Shown piece after piece: positions 1-7,918 of a stretch of 32,000 nucleotides of DNA. The DNA is from Alteromonas lipotrueae. Its GTDB lineage: Bacteria; Pseudomonadota; Gammaproteobacteria; Enterobacterales; Alteromonadaceae. Positions within the stretch are counted from its first letter, which is position 1; every line of letters begins with the position of its first letter. The position numbers were made by a program, and so were the translations under genes. The notes under the pieces were generated by a model. It was not told where the DNA came from, did no database searches, and saw only the letters and a list, made by a program, of their open reading frames with translations. The stretch spans positions 282,728 through 314,727 of the forward strand of contig NZ_JAESDI010000001.1 of assembly GCF_019249215.1 (NCBI RefSeq), read 5' to 3'.

Positions 1-8
1 TTTAATGT

Positions 9-833
9 TTAACTGAGCAGTGCCAAAACCTGCCCTTGCTGCTGATTCGCTTGGGCTTGAACCGTTAAAGCCGCTTGCCCTTGGACATTATTTGCCGCTT
101 GTTGAGAGCTTGCTTGAGCGTAATCTAAATCTTGAATTCGACTACGTGCTTCTGCCGTGTTCACATTGGATTGGGTTAAATTTCGAGCAGTACTAGCCAA
201 ACTATTTTGCGTAGCACCTAAATCGCCACGTGCGCCACCTAAAATTTCAATCGCTTCGTCGGTAGCATTTAACGCATCATCAATACTGCTACCAGAAGTT
301 AAATCGATAGAAAGTACGTCAGATAGTTGGCTACCAATATCTTGGGTTTTAACATCAACTGAGTTGCCACCATTCGCCCCAACTTGAAAACTCAACGCGC
401 CATTGTCAGACAACAAAGGTTTACCAGCAAAATTGGTTTGCTCAATGGTAAAGCTGATATTCTCTTGAAGCTGTGATATTTCAGATTGCAGCGCTTGACG
501 GTCGCCGTCGCTTAACACACCGTTACCAGACTGAATAGTAAGCTCGCGTATACGATTTACATCATCGTTAATGTTGCTTAAACCGCCTTCAGCGACTTGA
601 GCTAACGAAATGCCATCATAAACGTTGTTCACAGCCTGACGATTGCCTTCAACCTCAGACGTTAAACGGTCAATAATCTGCTGGGCCGCTGCGCCGTCTG
701 AAGCATTATTGACCTTTTTGCCAGACGCTAACTTTTCAAACAGATCAGTCTGTTTATCTTGAATTTGATTGAATAAGGATGATGTGCTGCTGTTATTTAC
801 CTGCATAATTGCCACCATTTTAAACTTTTCCAT
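9..833 (-). CDS. Divergent flagellin-family protein (atypical fourth paralogue)
   Basis: Flagellin N-terminal helix pattern (DGAAAQQIIDRLTSEVEGNRQAVNNVYDGISLAQVAEGGL...IRELTIQSGNG) and C-terminal pattern (GARGDLGATQNSL...ARSRIQDLDYAQASSQ...LALLS). Clearly more diverged than the three flagellins at 25.9-29.9 kb. True start may be the internal ATG at 818 or 806 (MVAIMQVNN), not 833. Confidence 0.7.
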   Translation of the reverse strand: MEKFKMVAIMQVNNSSTSSLFNQIQDKQTDLFEKLASGKKVNNASDGAAAQQIIDRLTSEVEGNRQAVNNVYDGISLAQVAEGGLSNINDDVNRIRELTIQSGNGVLSDGDRQALQSEISQLQENISFTIEQTNFAGKPLLSDNGALSFQVGANGGNSVDVKTQDIGSQLSDVLSIDLTSGSSIDDALNATDEAIEILGGARGDLGATQNSLASTARNLTQSNVNTAEARSRIQDLDYAQASSQQAANNVQGQAALTVQAQANQQQGQVLALLS

Positions 834-1060
834 GATGTATTATAGCATGATACTGCTCAACATCTAACCAGTTAAGCGTATAAACCGACATACCTTGATA
901 TCACTTTCTATAAACCTGCCTTTTACCTAGGATTTATTGATAAAATATTTGCCAATGAATCACGAGAAGTGCAGGAAATAAAGGCGTTCGTAATGAAAAG
1001 TAGGACACCACCACGCCGCTATAATTATTATTCTGTTCACAGATAGTTGTATAGTTAATA

Positions 1061-2197
1061 ATGAAGGATTTTTGGCGGTTTTTATCAGTCGTCGAGCGTG
1101 TTCTGAAAAGACCTTCTAAGTCACACTATAAATATACGAAAGGTAAAATACTGATGGCACGCACTGCCCTATTTTTAGTTCAAACTCCGCTACATGTTAT
1201 TAATGCGCTAGAAGCAATAACAGAGTTTAATATTGAACAAAGTACCTTTTTTATCGTGGCAAGCGATCACAACCCTAAGTGGCGGTTAATGATAAAACAA
1301 CTTTTGCCTCCCCATGCAAAAACTATATTTTGTACTCGTAATGATCACGATATTGAAGAAGGTACTAAGGCATATGCTCAACATTTAGATACGTTGAAAG
1401 CAGAGTCTTTAGACTTTGTCTTTTTTGCTGATGCACGCCTCTACATTTTTGTGGATATCGTCAACTCTCTTCAAAATCCCTCGACCATCCTCATGGATGA
1501 TGGCACTGGAACATTATTAGCAATTCACAGTTTAACGAGGTATGGCCTCTATTATGACATGTCAGTTAGCCGCAACATTGAAAGGCAACGCACTATTGAA
1601 GCTGTTAAAATAAAATATGGTCTATGGAACTTAAAGCCCGTTAGATATGACCTCTTTACCGTGTTTGATTATGAAGCTTGTGATTATTTTAACGTCGTGA
1701 ACAACCCGATGAAGCAACTGTGTTTTACCCATGATGACCAGAAATCTGATTCCGTTCTTTTTTTGGGTCAACCGTTTGTAAAAATAAATCACATGACCGC
1801 TAGCGATTACGAAATATGTTTAAATGAGATTTGTGACCAGTTCAAAGGTAAGCGAATGCTCTACCTGCCACACCCGAGAGAAGATCATACTTTGATCGAA
1901 TCACTTGCAGCAACGGGAAAAATTACGATTATACACACTGAACTAACAGCCGAGAATTTCCTTATAAGTCAAACCCACGCGCCTAAAACAGTGTGTGGTT
2001 TTTTATCTACGTCGCTTTGGAATATTGTTAAATTTCAGAAAGGGATAGACGTTCATGCTTTCAAAATACCAGCACATAGATTTAACGAAAAACTGGCAAA
2101 AAATCGTTCGAGAAGCAGTCATGTAACAGATTTAGAATTTATTAATCTTATTTACGACTATTACGAAAAACGCTTGCCAGTACATTTATTGAAATAA
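1061..2197 (+). CDS. GT52-like nonulosonic-acid (sialyl-type) transferase
   Basis: N-terminus LFLVQTPLHVINALEAI resembles the GT52 family start. D-D-G motif (MDDGTG, nt 1496-1504) and HP motif (YLPHPRE, nt 1871-1876) match the two motifs shared by bacterial GT38/GT52/GT80 sialyltransferases. FLGQPF lies between them. An alternative start ATG at 1154 (MARTALF) is more likely than 1061. Confidence 0.55.
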   Translation: MKDFWRFLSVVERVLKRPSKSHYKYTKGKILMARTALFLVQTPLHVINALEAITEFNIEQSTFFIVASDHNPKWRLMIKQLLPPHAKTIFCTRNDHDIEEGTKAYAQHLDTLKAESLDFVFFADARLYIFVDIVNSLQNPSTILMDDGTGTLLAIHSLTRYGLYYDMSVSRNIERQRTIEAVKIKYGLWNLKPVRYDLFTVFDYEACDYFNVVNNPMKQLCFTHDDQKSDSVLFLGQPFVKINHMTASDYEICLNEICDQFKGKRMLYLPHPREDHTLIESLAATGKITIIHTELTAENFLISQTHAPKTVCGFLSTSLWNIVKFQKGIDVHAFKIPAHRFNEKLAKNRSRSSHVTDLEFINLIYDYYEKRLPVHLLK

Positions 2198-2216
2198 AGC
2201 TGCAAAACAACAGAAA

Positions 2217-3020
2217 TTATGCGCGTTTATAAAGCCTGGTCATCATAGATCCCCAATAAGCGTGTCGCTTTTGTGAATCTCGTTTGTGCACGGAAGATAA
2301 CCAGTTTTCATTGTCCTGATCTGAACGGTAGACAGAGTCTCGATAGAGATCCACATGATCAGCAAGTACAAAATTTAGCTCAGCAAACAATTCATCAACC
2401 AATGCCGCTGAAAAATGTTGAAAATGGCTAGGATAATGATGTTGAACCCATTCATCCCGATACAAATTGGCGACCGTAGAGCTCGAATCTGGTGTTGCAG
2501 TGATAAAGAAATATCCCTCTTCTGACACTAAATCCGTAAGCTGTTTTAATAACGCCCTAAAGTCCACCAAGTGCTCTAACACTCCTCGCAGAACGACAAG
2601 GTTCATCGTCCCCTTTCCTACTTTATCAACACTCAAGTGATATCCTTTCTGTGTCAATGTCTCTACCGCGCCAATGGATAAGTCATCTCCAAAGGCCCGT
2701 ACGTTTTTAATTCCACCGTGTTCAACCAAGGCATCTAGGAAGTAGCCACCAGAGGCACCATAGTCAAATACAGGCCCTTCTAATGGATCGGTAATTTGGC
2801 TTTTAATCCAATCCACTTCTTGTATGTAAGATACTGCGCGCGCCTTATTTTTTACTTCCGAAGCCTGATGATTTTTTTCATGGTAATGCGCGTAATGGTT
2901 ACTAATTTCAGTTGGCGTTGGTACAGGTACCGTGCAAATATACAGGCAGTCATTACACCGATAATAATTACCCGTCCAAATTTTCAAATCACTACCCTGA
3001 CAGAAGCGGCATATTTTCAT
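2217..3020 (-). CDS. Class I SAM-dependent methyltransferase with N-terminal Cys4 zinc-ribbon
   Basis: N-terminal CRFC...CNDC zinc-ribbon. Glycine-rich SAM motif I (VFDYGASGGYFLDAL) followed by VVLRGVLEHL. Convergent with the GT52-like gene (19-bp gap) and 2 bp downstream of the preceding minus-strand gene. Confidence 0.65.
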   Translation of the reverse strand: MKICRFCQGSDLKIWTGNYYRCNDCLYICTVPVPTPTEISNHYAHYHEKNHQASEVKNKARAVSYIQEVDWIKSQITDPLEGPVFDYGASGGYFLDALVEHGGIKNVRAFGDDLSIGAVETLTQKGYHLSVDKVGKGTMNLVVLRGVLEHLVDFRALLKQLTDLVSEEGYFFITATPDSSSTVANLYRDEWVQHHYPSHFQHFSAALVDELFAELNFVLADHVDLYRDSVYRSDQDNENWLSSVHKRDSQKRHAYWGSMMTRLYKRA

Positions 3021-3022
3021 AA

Positions 3023-3955
3023 TTAATTACTCATCAGTCTATTGGTTAACGAGAACCAAAACGATTTATCTACGTGTGTGTTAAGCGATTTACCCGCCAA
3101 CGACATACGCTGACGCAATTGAGGGTCATCGGCAATTTTCTCAATAGCATTTATCAGCGATGGAATAGTATTTTCTGTTGATGGCAGTGCACACCCATAT
3201 GAATACAAAAAGCGATATGCCTCACTAAAGTTTGTTCGCCGACGAATCACGGTCGGCATTCCCATTAACGCTAATTCAACAGCACTAAGACCACCTTGAC
3301 ATATAACTGCGTTGCACGCCTTTAGGTCACTATAGGAGAAAGCTTGCGATTCTTTATCTTTCAGCTTACGGTGTAAAAACTCGTTAAGCGATAGCGATTT
3401 ATTTTTCTGAGGTGGATAAACAAGTGGCTCATATCCTTGCTCAGCTAACGCATCAACGATAGAAGGCGCCACTCCATCTGCATCACCTCCCCCCATACAA
3501 ACACCTATCAGTCGTGTATTACGGGCTTTGATAGGCTTCGAAGCACTTTCCATCCATTTCGACGAAGGGATGTTGCATAGCACAGCAGACAAATCCGTGA
3601 GAAAGTGAGCTGGTGCAGTCATCCCATTTAAGCTAGGTGCAACAACGTAATCGACATCTTCATTAACATCTGAAATATAAGACAGCGATATCTTCTTCGG
3701 CGCCCTTACGTAGCATTCAGTTTCTTTCTTTAGAGATAATCCATCGAGAAAAACGATATCGGCATCAACAATATTGCGCAGAGCGTACTCATCTTCGAGC
3801 AAGGGATCACCCCACGGCTCTCGATTAACGACTTTTAACGTTACAGCCATTTTAGGCGAAAGTATTTCTCTCAAAAGTTGAGCGCGAGCAACATGGCCCC
3901 ACCCCACATTTTTTCCTATTTCGGCAACGATGAGTACGCTTGCAACAATGTTCAT
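3023..3955 (-). CDS. PseG/SpsG-like UDP-sugar hydrolase (GT28-type fold), second copy
   Basis: N-terminal IGKNVGWGHVARAQLL parallels the G-x-GH-x-x-R motif of PseG (compare GLGHLMRCLAL in the 18067-19119 copy). C-terminal GGLSAVELALMGMPTV is GT28 C-domain-like. 4-bp overlap with the upstream NeuB-like gene. Confidence 0.55.
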   Translation of the reverse strand: MNIVASVLIVAEIGKNVGWGHVARAQLLREILSPKMAVTLKVVNREPWGDPLLEDEYALRNIVDADIVFLDGLSLKKETECYVRAPKKISLSYISDVNEDVDYVVAPSLNGMTAPAHFLTDLSAVLCNIPSSKWMESASKPIKARNTRLIGVCMGGGDADGVAPSIVDALAEQGYEPLVYPPQKNKSLSLNEFLHRKLKDKESQAFSYSDLKACNAVICQGGLSAVELALMGMPTVIRRRTNFSEAYRFLYSYGCALPSTENTIPSLINAIEKIADDPQLRQRMSLAGKSLNTHVDKSFWFSLTNRLMSN

Positions 3956-4941
3956 TTAATATCTGTTTTGTCTATAGGCTTACCTGCAGTGGCATCAGTA
4001 AGCAGAGTCTGACCAACAACCACATCTAATGACTCCAGAGGAAAGTCCCTTTCTGGACGCAAATAAGCTATATCCTCTTTGGTAATAACGTGACCTTTAG
4101 GCAGTGCGTGCCTGAAGTAAAGTCCTCTGCGCGCTCTTTTTGCGGTATAAAGTTCCGCTTCAGTTGGCTCTGAGCGTACACTTTGCATCGCACTTTGGGT
4201 ATCTTTTACCATTTTACAAAACACAGCGAGCGCTTCCCCGTCTAGGGAGTGCTTTACATCAAGACCGCCATTTGCGGGTGATAATGAAAAATGCTTTTCT
4301 ATCCATTCCACCCCTAAAGAAGCCGCTAAAACTGCGGCGGCGTAACCGTCAGAGTGGTCAGAGAAACCAATAGGAATACCGTATCGATTTTGTAACCAAG
4401 GAATAGTGCCCAACATGGCGTTAGACAAATCATGGGGGTATTCCGCCACACAGTGCATGAGAACGATATTGGAAGTATGACTCAATAACCGTTCGACCGA
4501 TTGATCTATTTGCTCAATGGTTGACATACCGGTGGAGAGAATTACTGGAAAGCCACTGGATCCAGCAGCATCAAGAAGATCATTGTAATTGTTATCACCG
4601 CTCGCAATCTTTATGAATGGAGGTTCTGTTTCGATAAGCTCTTCAAGCGATAACAAATCGAAAGGGGTTGATGTAACACAGCGATATCCCCTTTTAGTGG
4701 ATGCACGCTCTACAATACTTTTATATTGTTCATGAGGAATTCGAGAGTGGTGCCTTAACCAACGAACATCATCAATATCGTAGGTGCCATATTCGTAATC
4801 ACCTGGGGCATATAGGGTTTCATCGCGTATTAGTTGAAATTTTACGTAATCAGCACCAGCATTTAACGCAACCTCTGTATTGGTCCACAGCAAAGGAACT
4901 GAACCAAAGTGATTCATGGCCGCTTCAGCAATTATTTTCAT
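3952..4941 (-). CDS. Divergent NeuB-family nonulosonic-acid synthase (second copy) with C-terminal SAF-like domain
   Basis: NeuB landmarks in order: IIAEAAMNH, GADYVKFQ, FIKIASGD, ILSTGMST, LMHCVAEYP, GFSDHS, IEKHF, then a SAF-like tail (RRGLYFRHALPKGHVITKEDI). The first motif departs from the usual NHNGD-type sequence seen in the pseI copy. Confidence 0.7.
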   Translation of the reverse strand: MKIIAEAAMNHFGSVPLLWTNTEVALNAGADYVKFQLIRDETLYAPGDYEYGTYDIDDVRWLRHHSRIPHEQYKSIVERASTKRGYRCVTSTPFDLLSLEELIETEPPFIKIASGDNNYNDLLDAAGSSGFPVILSTGMSTIEQIDQSVERLLSHTSNIVLMHCVAEYPHDLSNAMLGTIPWLQNRYGIPIGFSDHSDGYAAAVLAASLGVEWIEKHFSLSPANGGLDVKHSLDGEALAVFCKMVKDTQSAMQSVRSEPTEAELYTAKRARRGLYFRHALPKGHVITKEDIAYLRPERDFPLESLDVVVGQTLLTDATAGKPIDKTDIK

Positions 4942-6005
4942 TTTACCGGCCTCAATTTAGTCAAGAAACGATTGATTCCTTCGACTTGAATATCATGAAG
5001 GGTATCCCAACAAGGGGGGATCGCGACAGATTCTGGCATATTCTCAACATGATTTTTTAAATCTTCGAAGATTGTTTCTCGGCGCTCAATAATATTTAAG
5101 TCGCACGCTTCCATTCCCAGTGTGTTAATCAGGCTTTCCGAACGTTCATCATAAGAAAGGTTTAGAGTAGGTCTTCTAAGCGACCAAAGCGGTAGACTTG
5201 TATGTACACGAAATGAGATAGCGGCTTCAACGCTATTTAAAATATTGAAGTATTCATACACGTCGCTTGTGTATAGGATATCTCGTCCAAACGACATAGC
5301 ATATTCAATATCTCTTTGATCGTTGCACAGTACGCGCGCCGGTTTATTGGTTCGTGATTCAAGTAAATCAAGACACCGCTCTGACAGATGGTGCATCTTC
5401 ATTTTTTGAGATAGGGGAATATTCATCTGATCGGGATTACGTACCGCAAGCAACGGGAAACGCGCTTCTTGCTGACCATCTTTTGAAAATTCTCTGTTAG
5501 CTAAATCAGAAATGTAGACTGAAGGACACCCACCGACAAGATGATCGGGATGGCGCATGAGCGATTCGATATGATTATACGTTGCTGCATCTCTTGAGAG
5601 AACGACATCAGCATGCTCCAACAGCGTCACCAAGTCGCCGTCATTGATTGCATCTGTTCGCCTTACATACGATAAATCTGAACCGTAAATATTTCCGTAA
5701 GACGTTGAGTAAACCATCATAGGCTTTCTCAGCGCTCTTAATGCCCCTTTATCAAATTCTATTTCGCCATTTTCAAAGAGGTTGCCGCCACCGATAATGA
5801 CGCCTGATGCCGTTTGATTTATATCGTATATTGTTTTTTTGGTTAGGCCTGACTTTGCACCAAACCCCGCAGCAGGTATGGTAATGAAATTCACCGCGCC
5901 GTTACATTGTCGCTCCACCATTCGTCGAACCGCCTGCTGAATCAGGAAGTTACCTATATTAAAGCCATGTCCAAATGGACAAATGTGGTAAATATTATAT
6001 CTCAT
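4938..6005 (-). CDS. Polysaccharide pyruvyl-transferase-family protein (CsaB/WcaK-like)
   Basis: Pattern IGNFLIQQAVRRM ... VIIGGGNLFENG ... VLSRDAATY ... ISFRVHTSL is reminiscent of the PS_pyruv_trans family. Recognised by eye only. 4-bp overlaps with both neighbours. Confidence 0.4.
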   Translation of the reverse strand: MRYNIYHICPFGHGFNIGNFLIQQAVRRMVERQCNGAVNFITIPAAGFGAKSGLTKKTIYDINQTASGVIIGGGNLFENGEIEFDKGALRALRKPMMVYSTSYGNIYGSDLSYVRRTDAINDGDLVTLLEHADVVLSRDAATYNHIESLMRHPDHLVGGCPSVYISDLANREFSKDGQQEARFPLLAVRNPDQMNIPLSQKMKMHHLSERCLDLLESRTNKPARVLCNDQRDIEYAMSFGRDILYTSDVYEYFNILNSVEAAISFRVHTSLPLWSLRRPTLNLSYDERSESLINTLGMEACDLNIIERRETIFEDLKNHVENMPESVAIPPCWDTLHDIQVEGINRFLTKLRPVK

Positions 6006-6724
6006 AATTTAATTCGTTCTTTGTATGCCATAGTAATTCGCTCAATACTTCCAACCTCAGTACTATCAAATACTGGATGTAGCCAGAGCGAACCAAAAAA
6101 GTCGGCGTCTTCTTCATAGTCAATGGTTAAGCGTACGGTTGAGTCAAAATCTGGAATGCTTAAATCATTGGCCTCGATGTTACAAATATTGTCGTTATTT
6201 AGCCTCTTACAAATTGGCGTAATATGTTCTCTTTCTTCTTCTGTATGGCTGCTGTTAACTATTTCACGTAGCCATCGTGAACGATACATTTCTAAAGAGA
6301 TCCCATAAGGGAATGTCCTCTTATTCAAGTTAGTGATCAATTGCGTGGCGTCATCCATATCGCTCAATTTTGAAACGATGTGCTTAATGAGAGGGAATAA
6401 AATGAGCGGACTATCTGCATTAAGCCGCCATAGCCACGCATCCACATTTGCACTCGCTAACTCACACAACCTAAGCATGGGCGACAAGGCGCCTCTATAA
6501 ACTTGCACACCCTTGCCTTCTCCATATCGTGCAATACTATCATCCACAGAGCGAGTTGATGTGGCTATTACTGGCTCTGCTATTGCACTCTCTTCATAGG
6601 CCAGAGCGCGAACTTGCGTAATAATACAATCAATGACGGAATGACTGCCTAAAATTGGCGATAATACCTTTCCAGGAAGCCGGCTAGAGTCGGCTCTAGC
6701 AAATACGACTGGCAGTATTCTCAT
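6002..6724 (-). CDS. SpsF-type cytidylyltransferase-family protein
   Basis: N-terminal ARADSSRLPGKVLSPILG (R-x-x-S-x-RLP-x-K), ATSTRSVDDSI, VYRGAL, RLNADSPL, FPYGISLEMY, EREHITP and RLTIDYEEDADFF follow the SpsF/CTP_transf_3 layout. Confidence 0.6.
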   Translation of the reverse strand: MRILPVVFARADSSRLPGKVLSPILGSHSVIDCIITQVRALAYEESAIAEPVIATSTRSVDDSIARYGEGKGVQVYRGALSPMLRLCELASANVDAWLWRLNADSPLILFPLIKHIVSKLSDMDDATQLITNLNKRTFPYGISLEMYRSRWLREIVNSSHTEEEREHITPICKRLNNDNICNIEANDLSIPDFDSTVRLTIDYEEDADFFGSLWLHPVFDSTEVGSIERITMAYKERIKL

Positions 6725-6949
6725 ATTTTTGACGCCTTATTTTTCATAATCGACTTCAGCAAAAGTTATGCCAGCAACTTTAGGGCTTCGTAAAGTTCGT
6801 TTCTAAATGAAAGTGACTTTTGGAATACATCCCCCCTAAAACGCGTTCAATTGTTTTATTATATCGACAGCTTTTTAAAATTCTTTTGCTTTAAATGCGA
6901 GGACGAATTTTGGGCTTCGGATGAGGTGGCAGGTAAGGTAAACAGAATT

Positions 6950-7891
6950 TTATTTTGACACAAGCGACATATCTATTTTTTTGTCCGACTCCACTCTTAA
7001 TCCTGCGTCTTTAAACTCACTAAATTCAACAACCTGTGTATTTGCATAATCCGTAAACGTGATATTTTTCTTCGGTACATTCCAGTCTGAACCATACAAA
7101 AAGGCTAAATATTCACTGGATTGCACTGGCGTTTGAACTTGGCAAGTGTTCCAGTTGACCAATGCCGTACCGTTAAAATGCTTTTCTGGCGCAAACCACA
7201 TCCCCAAGCTAGGAAGGTGGATAGATTTACCATCTTTGACTTCTCGCGCACTAAACGTTGTTTTGAACTGAGCTAGATTATTAAGGGGGTCGTCAAACTC
7301 CAATACAATACCAATACCTCTATTCTTTTTATCTAGGGTTTTTGAGACTTTCCAGGTTAAGTTACTTACGTTATTTTCGACAAATGCCTCGATAACATTC
7401 AGTACACTCTGGAAATAATGTGTGGGCATTGAAAAGTCGATATCGTCATCCCACTCGATAATATCTTTGTCTCGAATGATACCCAGCAATGTTCCAAAAT
7501 CGAGCACAAGAGGAACACTCTCATTTATGGCTATTGAAGATAGCTCGCTAATAATGTTGCGACCCAATTGTCGGCTTGCGGCATTATAAAATGGTGGAGT
7601 TTGTTTTTTTAAGTGACTTTTAGGTGGCACAACGATTTTTTGATGCGGGACATTGAGTTCATTGAGTAACTGCGCTTCAACTTCTACTGCCCACTGGGTG
7701 GTTATTACTATTTCATCGAATACTAAGTGTCCAATAGCGGCAGGGCTAATAACTGGCACGCCTTCGATAAGTAACCCTTCTTTCTGTTTATCGTTATCAA
7801 CAATACCAATAAACTCTCGGGACGTTTCATTATTAGAGATATACGTTTTTGAGCTTTCGCCTGCCCCAAATAATAGCGTTTTTGTTTTCAT
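6950..7891 (-). CDS. LicD-family phospho(no)-group transferase with N-terminal small Rossmann-like domain
   Basis: LicD signature LLGIIRDKDIIEWDDDIDF (DDDID at nt 7436-7450). The N-terminal ~90 aa (LLFGAGESSK...GIVDNDKQKEG..IEGVPVISP) resembles the small nucleotide-binding domain found on NeuD/PglD-type and sugar-transferase proteins. Confidence 0.7.
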   Translation of the reverse strand: MKTKTLLFGAGESSKTYISNNETSREFIGIVDNDKQKEGLLIEGVPVISPAAIGHLVFDEIVITTQWAVEVEAQLLNELNVPHQKIVVPPKSHLKKQTPPFYNAASRQLGRNIISELSSIAINESVPLVLDFGTLLGIIRDKDIIEWDDDIDFSMPTHYFQSVLNVIEAFVENNVSNLTWKVSKTLDKKNRGIGIVLEFDDPLNNLAQFKTTFSAREVKDGKSIHLPSLGMWFAPEKHFNGTALVNWNTCQVQTPVQSSEYLAFLYGSDWNVPKKNITFTDYANTQVVEFSEFKDAGLRVESDKKIDMSLVSK

Positions 7892-7918
7892 GGCCGAAAA
7901 TGCCTATTTTTCTCGTAG

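Noticed and set aside
157-387. 76-aa plus-strand ORF inside the flagellin-like gene. The same applies to the other short track ORFs lying antisense to, or out of frame within, larger genes: 2796-3026, 4140-4373, 4701-5060, 5907-6119, 6123-6308, 7653-7922, 7938-8369, 9430-9759, 10991-11179, 11597-11800, 14921-15130, 16374-16610, 18384-18572, 18912-19151, 19479-19709, 21784-21987, 22099-22326, 23141-23422, 24152-24403, 24646-25029, 25619-25804, 26208-26432, 29306-29521, 30447-30650, 30523-30723, 31298-31510 and 31320-31535.
   Set aside because: Each lies entirely within, or mostly overlaps, a longer ORF whose translation has clear family motifs. Their own translations are low-complexity or have no recognisable motifs, which is typical of shadow ORFs.
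883-908. Weak sigma-28-like motif (GAAAG-N14-GTCGGTT on the minus strand) upstream of the divergent flagellin-like gene.
   Set aside because: Only about half of the -10 positions match GCCGATAA. It is much poorer than the four other FliA-type motifs in the window, so it is not reported as a promoter.
1020-1025. Perfect TATAAT hexamer upstream of the GT52-like gene.
   Set aside because: No acceptable -35 element (AAAGTA/AAAAGT at 17-18 nt spacing) and no extended -10 TG. A lone TATAAT in AT-rich DNA is not sufficient evidence.
6862-6887. Sigma-28-like motif (AAAAG-N14-GTCGATAT on the minus strand) in the 225-bp gap upstream of the SpsF-like gene.
   Set aside because: The -10 half is good, but the -35 half lacks the TAAAG core and the region is generally A/T-rich. 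Too weak to call without transcript data.
6783-6920. Octamer gggcttcg occurring twice (about 6783 and 6912) in the LicD / SpsF-like intergenic region.
   Set aside because: A single 8-mer repeated once within 225 bp is compatible with chance, and no accompanying symmetry or promoter element was seen.
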